A DNA stretch of 64,000 nucleotides from Gammaproteobacteria bacterium. GTDB taxonomy: Bacteria; Pseudomonadota; Gammaproteobacteria; JAJRRL01. The translations under genes and the position numbers were made by a program. Numbering within the stretch: the first letter of the stretch is position 1; each line of letters opens with the position of its first letter. A model generated the notes under the pieces. The model was not told where the DNA came from, ran no database searches, and saw nothing but the letters and a program-made list of their open reading frames with translations. The stretch lies in the NCBI GenBank assembly GCA_024279495.1, contig JAJRRL010000040.1, forward strand, positions 74,256-138,255, given 5' to 3'. Below are positions 45,232 to 53,863 of the stretch, piece by piece.

Positions 45232-47769
45232 GTGCCGAAAAGAAAAAGGTTTGATCTTCGTCATCAATTACTCATAGATACTGAGAACCTGCATTTGCAG
45301 GTAGAGCGTTTGCGTGCCTTTTTAAAAAAACAGCAGTTAAATGAAGAAAATGAACCTGCAGCTTCATTAAATCAAGATGAGCGCCGTCTATTGCAATTAA
45401 ATGAGAGAATTCTTACTTTTATAGACGAGCAGCTAAGAAAATCAGAGAAGACCTTGAATCACTTGCAAGAAAAAGGTTTTGATCTAACACCAATGTCAAA
45501 GGCCTTAGCTTTCATAAGTAATTGCATGGAATCCTTGGTTCGCTTTATAACTCAGTGGCGAGTCACTGCTAATAGTGACAATGGCTTTTTGAATCAATTT
45601 CAGAGTTCTGTTGGTAATCATTTAGAAGAAGATGGATTAGCAGAATTAAGTTACCTCTTAGCTTTTGCATCGCATGCAGGGAATATGAATTTGTCACAAC
45701 CAATTAGTATTCAATTGTCGATGCTTGAAACCATGGAGATGGTGTATCAGCCACTTCCTAATCATATTCAGTTAATGGTTGCCTCTCAAGATTGGGACAC
45801 GAACACAAACCCTTTTAGTATGTTAAAAGTAGCTCATGATGTCATGGCTTTAATGGCGGGTTCAACCCTATTACGAGGAGCTGACTCTCCTAATTTTGTG
45901 TTAGCGCCTCATTGTAAATCGACAGTAGGGCGTGGCCCCATGATGTGTCACGCTGTTATGTTTGCAATGATGTTGGATCCTACTTTTGAGAAGTACCGCT
46001 CGGTATTTTATCAGAAACTCGCTTTTTTATTAGGTCCAAAACCAATTAATAGACAAAGGTATATGGCAGCGATTGCTGATTCAGCTTCCCAAATACCTAA
46101 TAATAATTCAGAAAAAGAGAATTATGTGTTGGCCTTTCCTAGCGGTGCGGCCAAGGACACTGATTTGATTCAGGACTTACTGTCGCTTGCCGATTTATTA
46201 GCTGAGCGAGTGCCAACGCCAATGGCTTATCGTGTTCAAGAAAAACGAGCAAAAGGACCTTTTTTACGAACAAAGCAAGTGCTAGCAACGCGCTATGGTC
46301 ACTTGAGAAACGCTCCTAAAGGGGCTCAGAATAAATACTCTTTTGCTACCTATCGTTTAGCAGAGTTAAGGGAGAGCCTGAGCAATGATCAATTAACACA
46401 TCAAGCTATTTCTGATTACCTCACCTCAAAGCGAAGAATGGGTTATTTTAAAGGAGGTAGAGAAGGGAAGTTGATGCTACTTAAAATGCTCGATGTCTTT
46501 TTTAGAGAAAATGACTCGTCACTGATTCACCGAGGCATGACTTTTAACGACACTGAGCTTACTCACGCTTTAAACCAGTTGCTTTCAATTGCGTTGAATT
46601 ACTCAAGTGATGCGTTTCTTCAAGATTCTACGCTTACTACCACGGGTTGGTATTCGAAAAGACGAAAAGACTATGAAGAGCAGTTAAGTCAGAATCATGG
46701 TACGCCGGGCTCTTCGATGAATCGTCCTGTACGCCGAGTGCGTCGTATGCAGGGTCTTAATTCGGATGATGATGCTCGCTCAGGGCGACAAGGTGTGGAA
46801 CCCGATTATCAAACAAGAGAGCTGGCTAATACTGATTTGGCAGACATGACGTTGCAAGAAGAAGATAAGTTTAAGCAGTGGAAAGAGGCTCTTAAACAGC
46901 AATTGCCGAGCCTTAAAGATGCGTCTTCTTTAATTAAACATTTAGTAAAAGAGACGAAGCGAGACATGCCTTTAAAAGAACTTCAAAGGCATATCAAGCG
47001 TTATTTAAATTTTGCTATGAATGCTTTGGACAGGAAAGAGAGAAGCCTGGATGAAAAAGAAAAGATACCGAAGCAAGAAGAATACTTGGGTAGGGGCGCT
47101 GTCCGTCGTGAGCACATGAACCACATGAGTAAAGTGCTAGCTATGTGGTTAAGACAAATGGCTGCAGGCGAATGCAGCTTTCCGGATTTAAGTGATGAAG
47201 CATTGAATGAGCATCTGATGATGCTTCCGTCTCGCTCTAAGCGACTTTTCTCGTCACGTAAAACCTCTAAAGCAGTTGCCAAGCTGCCAGAGTCTATTTT
47301 GAGTGCTATTAAAGATTTACTGTCTGAGAGGAATTCTAATCAGAATGTGGAGAGACCTCCTATTAGGTTTACTTTTCGAGATCAGCGTCAAGCAAAAGAG
47401 TTGCCAAATATGAATAGCCTCAATACAGCCGTGGGCGTTCGTTCTTTAGCTACCCACATGCATGATAAGCAGCACACACGTATCGAGCTGGGTCCACTTA
47501 AGTTGGAGCTGCTTTCTCATAAGGACCTTTACGAATACCGCGATATTTCGGCATTTAAACGTGATGAATCGGCGGTGCTTGCGGCCAATCATGCGCTTAA
47601 TCTTCGTTGGCAATCAGGCAAGCTTCCTGAAAAGTTTGATTTTCATCAGGTGGTCAGCTTAGGTCATTTGGGTTTTCTTAAAGAAGCTCAGTATTTCCAC
47701 GAGCTTTCAAGAAGTATCCCAGAAGAAAATCCAGTAGCCAGCAATCAGCAGTCGGCTCCTACCCTTTAA
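45232..47769 (+). CDS. 845-aa ORFan (basic N-terminus MPKRKRF, large helical protein, no recognisable domain)
   Basis: long uninterrupted ORF with plausible promoter TAATTAATGCTATAAT at 45174-45194; starts with GTG. Confidence 0.6.
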   Translation: MPKRKRFDLRHQLLIDTENLHLQVERLRAFLKKQQLNEENEPAASLNQDERRLLQLNERILTFIDEQLRKSEKTLNHLQEKGFDLTPMSKALAFISNCMESLVRFITQWRVTANSDNGFLNQFQSSVGNHLEEDGLAELSYLLAFASHAGNMNLSQPISIQLSMLETMEMVYQPLPNHIQLMVASQDWDTNTNPFSMLKVAHDVMALMAGSTLLRGADSPNFVLAPHCKSTVGRGPMMCHAVMFAMMLDPTFEKYRSVFYQKLAFLLGPKPINRQRYMAAIADSASQIPNNNSEKENYVLAFPSGAAKDTDLIQDLLSLADLLAERVPTPMAYRVQEKRAKGPFLRTKQVLATRYGHLRNAPKGAQNKYSFATYRLAELRESLSNDQLTHQAISDYLTSKRRMGYFKGGREGKLMLLKMLDVFFRENDSSLIHRGMTFNDTELTHALNQLLSIALNYSSDAFLQDSTLTTTGWYSKRRKDYEEQLSQNHGTPGSSMNRPVRRVRRMQGLNSDDDARSGRQGVEPDYQTRELANTDLADMTLQEEDKFKQWKEALKQQLPSLKDASSLIKHLVKETKRDMPLKELQRHIKRYLNFAMNALDRKERSLDEKEKIPKQEEYLGRGAVRREHMNHMSKVLAMWLRQMAAGECSFPDLSDEALNEHLMMLPSRSKRLFSSRKTSKAVAKLPESILSAIKDLLSERNSNQNVERPPIRFTFRDQRQAKELPNMNSLNTAVGVRSLATHMHDKQHTRIELGPLKLELLSHKDLYEYRDISAFKRDESAVLAANHALNLRWQSGKLPEKFDFHQVVSLGHLGFLKEAQYFHELSRSIPEENPVASNQQSAPTL

Positions 47770-47778
47770 GAGGGCTGC

Positions 47779-47967
47779 TTAAAAAGTCCAAAGATCTTCT
47801 TTCTCATCATTGCCAAGGTTGGGGTTGTCTCGCTTTTTAAAAATAGCTTGATACTTGTCGATTTCACGTTGCTGAGAAGTAGAGGGCTCGTGTTCACTAT
47901 CGAATTCCTTTAGGGCGATGTCGATATCGCTGGTGAAGTCGCGTTTGATGGGTTTGATTAAAGACAT
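47779..47967 (-). CDS. small acidic hypothetical protein (62 aa)
   Basis: ATG preceded by GGAGACC; highly charged sequence; convergent with the 845-aa gene. Confidence 0.3.
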   Translation of the reverse strand: MSLIKPIKRDFTSDIDIALKEFDSEHEPSTSQQREIDKYQAIFKKRDNPNLGNDEKEDLWTF

Positions 47968-48088
47968 GTGGTCTCCAAGGTGTGGTGTTTTGAGTATTGT
48001 CGGTGCGTCTTCTCCTTAAGTCAATACAAGTTACTTGCTTTGAAAAATTGCTTTGCTGGGTTCGGAGGCTAGTAAGCGATTGAAATAT

Positions 48089-51000
48089 ATGGTTAAATTT
48101 AAGCTTGCTGAGTTCTTGAGCGCAAGCTATTATGAAGTCTTATCAAAGCGGGATATGCTTGTGTCTGATGCCACCTATACCATTGCCGGAATACCTCATA
48201 GCGCCATACAAAGCACAGAGGGTTTGCGTGCCTTAGATGAGGCTTTTAGAGAACACTTAAAGGGCAATGATAGTGCGCTGGATGCACTAGATGAGCTCCA
48301 GGTAGGCCAGGATATTTTGCGTGACCGCCATTCACATCTCATTATGCAATTGGGGCCTAAGCTAGAGGCCTTTTTGAGCCTAGCTATGGGTTATGAGAAG
48401 CAGATGCAGCCTTATCGTGAGTCGCAAGCACGTTATGCGACCATCCAACGCTTTAAGCGCGATTATTTGTTTCGGCGTATTAAGCCAAGACTCACTCGTC
48501 TTCCTTCCGGCGATTTTAAGGCTTTATCTGACCCACTGTGGGAAGCTGCTGGCTGCACGGAGTTAACTGACTGGGAATATGCTTTATCGTCTTGGGGTCT
48601 TCAGGTATTAGAATCAAAGGATTCGGCTTCATTGGCTCTTCTCGAAGCGTGGTGTGCGAGTGCTTGCTTAACGGATGCAGGGAAGGCTTGGATAGAAGAG
48701 AGTCTTTTGTTTTCTTGGCCAAAGCGTTTGAATCCAAATCAATTGCTGTCAGATTTTTCTGAGTATCGCTCGCGAGAGGGGTTTGATTTACAAGATTCAG
48801 GATTAAGTGAAGAACAGCAACACGATCATGCGCATTATTGTTTGGATTGTCATAGCAAGTCAGGTGATTTTTGTTCTATTGGTTTTCCAGTTAAAAAAGG
48901 TGATGTCTCTCAGGGTTATCGAGAGCATGCGAGCGGAGAGTTGATGTTGGGTTGTCCGCTAGAAGAGCATGTGGGTGAAATGCATGAGCTTTTTGCTGGC
49001 GGCCATCCGATTGCTGCTTTGGCTGCGGCCATGGTTAATAACCCCTTAATTGCTTTAACAGGTCATCGCGTTTGCAATGATTGCATGAAATCTTGCGTTT
49101 ACCAAAAACAAACACCGGTCAATACACCTGGGGTTGAAAGTGGTTTATTGCAATGGGCGCTTGCTCTGCCTTGGGGTGTGGAATTGGTTGCTCTTCTGAT
49201 GCGTTGGAACCCGCTTCGTTATTGGCAGCCAATTGAAAAATCAAAACAAGGGCGTAGTGTTGCCGTGATGGGTACAGGCCCTGCGGGCATAGCGATGATG
49301 CACCATCTCTTAATGGAAGGCTGTGACGTGGTTGCTTTTGATGGGGCTAAGCTAAGCGCTGTTCCAAATGAATGGTGTGATCAGCCGATTAAAGAATACG
49401 CATCAATTTGTAGACCTCTGTCGGAAAGACCTGCTCGAGGTTTTGGTGGTGTGAGTGAATACGGCATTACGGTTCGTTGGGATAAAAACTTACTGACTTT
49501 GCTGCATGTTTTGTTTCAGCGTCATTCTAGAGCTACCTTAATAGGTTCTGTTCGTTTTGGAGGTGCGCTCACGGTTGATTCATTTTGGCCTTTAGGGTTT
49601 GATCATCTCTGTTTGGCTTTGGGCGCAGGCCTTCCAAAAGAATTGCGTATTCCAAATAGTTTAGCAATAGGCATGCGGCAAGCTAGTGATTTTCTCATGA
49701 GTTTGCAGTTAAACGCTGCGGGGCACCTGAAGTCATTGTGTGCTTTTCAAATGCGTTTGCCAGCCTTAGTGATTGGTGGTGGCCTAACAGCAGTGGATGC
49801 TGCGTCAGAAGCCATGGCTTATTATCTTCAATTAATCGAGACGGTATCGATTCGTTACTATGCTTTATGCAAGACCTTGAGTGAGTTAAAAGTGAGAGGT
49901 ATGTTATCAGTAGATGATCTTCTTATTCTCGATGAATGGCTTTTGCATGCCAATGCATGGCATCAAGAAAAAGAAAGAGCAAACTCGCAAAGCAAGCAGG
50001 CTGATTCAGTTGCATTTATCAAACGTTTGGGCGGCGTTAGCATTGTGTATCGTCGCTCCATGAAAGAATCTCCGGCTTATAAACGTAATCATGAAGAGCT
50101 TGATTTGTGTTTAGAATCGGGAGTCTCTTATTTAGAGTCTTTGCAGCCTCACTCTGTGGTATGTGATGAATTGGGGCATGTGTCTGCCTTGTCTTGCTTG
50201 CCGGTTAGTGCCGATGAAGAAGGGCATCTAGTTCCATCAGGAGATCCTGTTGAGCTTCCTGCACGCTGTATTTTAACTGCAACAGGTGCAAAGCCAAATG
50301 TTGCTTATGAGTTTGAATATCGAGGCACGTTTCAAAAACATCAGGGTCATTATCAGCCTTATGGATGGAATGAAGAAGCGAATGCTTGGCAGGAAGATCG
50401 TTCGGAAGGCCATTTCAAGCAGGCAAGCATTGGCATGCTAACAAGTTATAACTCTTCTGGGCATCGTGTGAGCTTGCTTGGTGATTCGCATTGGCGGTAT
50501 CAGGGGACAGTTGTTCAAGCCATTGCGTCTGCTAGGCGTGCATTGCCTCAGGTGATGCGGGCAATGCATCACATTCCCAAGCAGACTGGTTTTGATAGAC
50601 AGGCCTTGCTCAAAAGTTTTGACGTTCGAGTGCTAAGTAATCAAAAAGTAACACAGTCGATGCATCTATTAACGCTTTCTTGCTCGCAAATTGCGAGTAG
50701 GCATGCGGCAGGTCAGTTTTATCGTTTAATACCATCCTCTGATTCTTTTCAGTCTGATAACAAAGCATTATTGGGTTCTCGTATGGGTTCTGATGGGTGT
50801 TTGTCGTTTGTGTTATCTGGCGATTCACCAAGCACGCGTTTGCTTAAAAAACTAAAATCAGGAGATTCTTGTGATCTCATGGGCCCCACAGGGGCTTGGG
50901 CTCATCAGCCTTCTAATCCTGAGCATGTCTTGGTGATTGGTGGTGACTTGGCTTTCGCTTTCTTGCGTTCTGTTTCGCCAGAATGGCAGAAGCAAGGGCA

Positions 51001-51472
51001 TCGTATTACGTGGCTATCAACGTTATCTGAAAGAGAGCTTTTGGAGTTGTCTGATTGCCTTCCTAGCTTAGAAGCTAAGTACATCACTTCCGCCGATCTC
51101 GTTTTACCAGGCGATTGCTATCCTAAGCAGTTTTCTGCTGTGTATGCGATAGGCGATCCAATATTGGTTCGCTCTGTTCGTTTGGCACGTAAAAACAACT
51201 GGAACCATGTGTTTTCAGAGGCTTGTCGGTGGGTTGGCGCTGTTTATGGCCCTATGCAGTGTCAGCTGAAAGGTGTGTGCGCCCAATGCCTGCAATGGCA
51301 GATCGATCCGAGCACAGGAGAGAGAACCAAAGCCGTGTATGCGTGTTCTTGGCAGCATCAACCCATGGATGTGATTGATCTAGATCATCTTTCTGAGCGC
51401 GCTACGCAATCACAAGCGATTGATTCATTAAACGCCCTTTGGTTTGAAGAGTGTGTTGATAATGCGCTATAA
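48089..51472 (+). CDS. large multidomain flavin/Fe-S oxidoreductase: unknown N-terminal domain + GltD-like (glutamate-synthase small-subunit family) module + C-terminal PyrK/FNR-like module
   Basis: Cys clusters CLDCHSKSGDFC and CNDCMKSCVYQK; dinucleotide folds VAVMGTGPAGIAMMHHL and ALVIGGGLTAVDAASEA; C-terminal GPTG, VLVIGGDLAFA and CQLKGVCAQC...YAC (2Fe-2S-like C-x5-C-x2-C...C). ORF track starts at TTG 48053; first ATG is 48089. Confidence 0.6.
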   Translation: MVKFKLAEFLSASYYEVLSKRDMLVSDATYTIAGIPHSAIQSTEGLRALDEAFREHLKGNDSALDALDELQVGQDILRDRHSHLIMQLGPKLEAFLSLAMGYEKQMQPYRESQARYATIQRFKRDYLFRRIKPRLTRLPSGDFKALSDPLWEAAGCTELTDWEYALSSWGLQVLESKDSASLALLEAWCASACLTDAGKAWIEESLLFSWPKRLNPNQLLSDFSEYRSREGFDLQDSGLSEEQQHDHAHYCLDCHSKSGDFCSIGFPVKKGDVSQGYREHASGELMLGCPLEEHVGEMHELFAGGHPIAALAAAMVNNPLIALTGHRVCNDCMKSCVYQKQTPVNTPGVESGLLQWALALPWGVELVALLMRWNPLRYWQPIEKSKQGRSVAVMGTGPAGIAMMHHLLMEGCDVVAFDGAKLSAVPNEWCDQPIKEYASICRPLSERPARGFGGVSEYGITVRWDKNLLTLLHVLFQRHSRATLIGSVRFGGALTVDSFWPLGFDHLCLALGAGLPKELRIPNSLAIGMRQASDFLMSLQLNAAGHLKSLCAFQMRLPALVIGGGLTAVDAASEAMAYYLQLIETVSIRYYALCKTLSELKVRGMLSVDDLLILDEWLLHANAWHQEKERANSQSKQADSVAFIKRLGGVSIVYRRSMKESPAYKRNHEELDLCLESGVSYLESLQPHSVVCDELGHVSALSCLPVSADEEGHLVPSGDPVELPARCILTATGAKPNVAYEFEYRGTFQKHQGHYQPYGWNEEANAWQEDRSEGHFKQASIGMLTSYNSSGHRVSLLGDSHWRYQGTVVQAIASARRALPQVMRAMHHIPKQTGFDRQALLKSFDVRVLSNQKVTQSMHLLTLSCSQIASRHAAGQFYRLIPSSDSFQSDNKALLGSRMGSDGCLSFVLSGDSPSTRLLKKLKSGDSCDLMGPTGAWAHQPSNPEHVLVIGGDLAFAFLRSVSPEWQKQGHRITWLSTLSERELLELSDCLPSLEAKYITSADLVLPGDCYPKQFSAVYAIGDPILVRSVRLARKNNWNHVFSEACRWVGAVYGPMQCQLKGVCAQCLQWQIDPSTGERTKAVYACSWQHQPMDVIDLDHLSERATQSQAIDSLNALWFEECVDNAL

Positions 51473-51510
51473 TTGTTTTTTCTAAACATGTTTTAAAAAG
51501 GAGTTTTCTC

Positions 51511-51828
51511 ATGTTTAAACAAATCTCAGTCAAAGAATTAAATTCTTTGCTTCCGCATAGAGATCTCATTTTGGCTGATGTCAGAGATCGAGAAAGTTTT
51601 ATCTGTTCGCATGTGCCCGGGGCAGAGCATCTGTCGATGGATCGCCTTCAGCAATTTTGTGCTCAAGCAAAGCCATCACAAAGCGTTGTTGTGTATTGCT
51701 ATCACGGTGTGACTAGCCAGTCTGTCGCTCAATTTTTAGTGGAACAAGGTTTTGATAGCGTGTACAGTCTGGAAGGTGGTTTTGAGGCATGGTATGCCGT
51801 TAGCAATAAGGAGCAGCAAAGCGGATGA
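51511..51828 (+). CDS. single-domain rhodanese (sulfurtransferase, GlpE-like)
   Basis: 105 aa with active-site loop VVYCYHGVTSQ; SD AAGGAG. Confidence 0.8.
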   Translation: MFKQISVKELNSLLPHRDLILADVRDRESFICSHVPGAEHLSMDRLQQFCAQAKPSQSVVVYCYHGVTSQSVAQFLVEQGFDSVYSLEGGFEAWYAVSNKEQQSG

Positions 51829-52646
51829 AAGAAAGGCTATTGATTAGCAAAATGCGATCCGAGGCAAAAGACCCGGTACAATATACATTACAAACTGAGC
51901 AGGGCGACTTGCGGGTTAATGATTGGATTGGCCAAACCATTACAATTGCCGATACAGGGCGTCGCTTTTGCACTCAGTGTGCCAGACCATCAAAGAAGCT
52001 GTTCCAACAAGGGTATTGTTATCCTTGTTATCGAAAACTCCAAGAATGTAACTTATGCGTGATTCATCCAGAGCGTTGCCGTGTGATGGAAGGGTGTTGT
52101 CCTGAAAACGACTGGGCTCACAGGCATTGCCATGCGTCCCAAATTCTGTATCTGTCTTATACCTCTGGCTTGAAGGTGGGGATCACCCAAGAAAAAAATT
52201 GCCCTTCTCGTTGGATCGATCAAGGCGCTGTTGCTGCATGCGCTGTGATGACAGCCTCGAATCGTTTTTTAGTGGGGCAGGTTGAGGTAGCTTTAAAAGC
52301 ATTTTTAGCCGATAAAACACAATGGCGAACCATGCTGCGAGAATCCCCCGAGCCTCCTGATTTGGTGGCTGCTTGGGAGCAGGTGTTAATGCAAGCAGAG
52401 CTTCCTTTAATGGATTTAATAGAGACCTATGGGGATGAAGACATTGGGATTATCGATAACCCTATGATGCAAACCTTTCGTTACCCGCTAGAAAAACACC
52501 CTGAGAAAATTATGTCTCACTCCTTAGATAAAACCCCAGAAGTATCTGGCGTTTTGCAGGGAATCAAAGGGCAATACCTTATTTTAGATACAGGCGTGAT
52601 GAACATCCGAAAATTCACCGGCTACGAAGTGGATATTACGGTTTAG
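51825..52646 (+). CDS. Cys-rich hypothetical protein (zinc-ribbon-like N-terminal region; possibly DUF2797 family)
   Basis: 273 aa; CTQCARPSKK...CYPCYRKLQECNLCVIHPERCRVMEGCC; ATGA overlap with the rhodanese gene. Confidence 0.5.
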   Translation: MKERLLISKMRSEAKDPVQYTLQTEQGDLRVNDWIGQTITIADTGRRFCTQCARPSKKLFQQGYCYPCYRKLQECNLCVIHPERCRVMEGCCPENDWAHRHCHASQILYLSYTSGLKVGITQEKNCPSRWIDQGAVAACAVMTASNRFLVGQVEVALKAFLADKTQWRTMLRESPEPPDLVAAWEQVLMQAELPLMDLIETYGDEDIGIIDNPMMQTFRYPLEKHPEKIMSHSLDKTPEVSGVLQGIKGQYLILDTGVMNIRKFTGYEVDITV

Positions 52647-52663
52647 TTGGTTTTGCAGGGTGA

Positions 52664-52695
52664 GTTTAGCCCTGCAGATTATCTTTAAAAAGAAA
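52664..52695 (+). terminator. possible terminator hairpin between the convergent Cys-rich gene and zapE
   Basis: TGCAGGG-TGAGTTTAG-CCCTGCA with a weak T-rich tail (GATTATCTTT). Confidence 0.3.
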
Positions 52696-52737
52696 GCCAT
52701 AGTTTCAACGTAATCGTATATTATGCTGGGTCTTATT

Positions 52738-53811
52738 TTATAACGGGGTAACGCCGCCTTTAGCCGTCATTTCAATGATGCGAGATTGTGTTCGCTTGAA
52801 GTTTTCTTTGAGTTTGCCTTTTGGGTAAAGGTCGTCGACGTCTTTTTCTGCGCTGATAAATAATTCGACATCTTGATCATAAAGCACATCAATTAACTTA
52901 ATAAAGCGAGCGACCATGTTGGTGTCATTTGTTTGAAAAACAGGAACGCCGCTAATAATCACGTGTTTAAAGCGCTCTGCAATGCTTAGGTAATCGCGCG
53001 AGCATCGAGGAGGAGAGCAGAGCTGTTCGCAGCTAGCCCACAGAGTTGATTTGGAATAACGGATGTTTGGCACTTCTCTTCCCACGATGCTTAAAGGGTC
53101 ATGGTAGGTGTGACCTTCAGAAATAGTGTTGTAGCAATGAGAAAGCTCTTGAGCGGTTTGATTGTGAATAGGAGTGAGATAGCGAATTAAACTGTCTTTT
53201 TTAAGACGCCGATAATCGCGGTCAATGGTCACTTCAATGACATCCATGTTTTTTTCGATGAGCTCGATGCTTGGTAAGAATTTCTTTCGTTGAAAGCCAT
53301 CTTTGTAGAGATTAGAAGGGGCTGTGTTTGAGGAGGTGATAATGCAGACGCCAGATGCCATGAGATTCTCTAGTAAGCCAGCTAAAACCATTGCATCAGC
53401 AATGTCGTTGATAACAAACTCATCTAAGAAAAGCAGTTGAGCTTCTCGTGCAATCGCTTCTGAGAGTTGCTTTATGGGGTTCTTTTTTCCTTGGAGGCGG
53501 AAAAGCGCTTGATGAACGTCGTTCATAAAAGCGTGAAAATGAATTTTCTTTTTTTTGATCGGCAAGCTTTGATATAAAAAGTTGAGTAAGTGTGTTTTTC
53601 CCAAGCCGACTTCTCCCCAAATGTAGAGGCCAGGTATTGTCTGTCTTGCTTTTTTACTGAGCCGAAGCCACCAATGTGATTGGGCATTCATTTTTTCAGT
53701 GAATAGCGCATGTTTTTTTTGAAGCGCATTGATTAGCTTTGCTTGTTCAGGATCAGCAAGGAGTTCGCCACTTTTAATGGCATTTTGGTATAAGATTTTT
53801 GGATCAGTCAT
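52738..53811 (-). CDS. zapE: AFG1-family ATPase (cell-division protein ZapE)
   Basis: 357 aa; Walker A GEVGLGKTHLLN, Walker B LLFLDEF; ZapE-like N-terminus. Confidence 0.75.
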   Translation of the reverse strand: MTDPKILYQNAIKSGELLADPEQAKLINALQKKHALFTEKMNAQSHWWLRLSKKARQTIPGLYIWGEVGLGKTHLLNFLYQSLPIKKKKIHFHAFMNDVHQALFRLQGKKNPIKQLSEAIAREAQLLFLDEFVINDIADAMVLAGLLENLMASGVCIITSSNTAPSNLYKDGFQRKKFLPSIELIEKNMDVIEVTIDRDYRRLKKDSLIRYLTPIHNQTAQELSHCYNTISEGHTYHDPLSIVGREVPNIRYSKSTLWASCEQLCSPPRCSRDYLSIAERFKHVIISGVPVFQTNDTNMVARFIKLIDVLYDQDVELFISAEKDVDDLYPKGKLKENFKRTQSRIIEMTAKGGVTPL

Positions 53812-53863
53812 GGTTTTCTTTTATGTGTGTTCAAGGTCATTATAGGCAATTACATCTTCTTTT

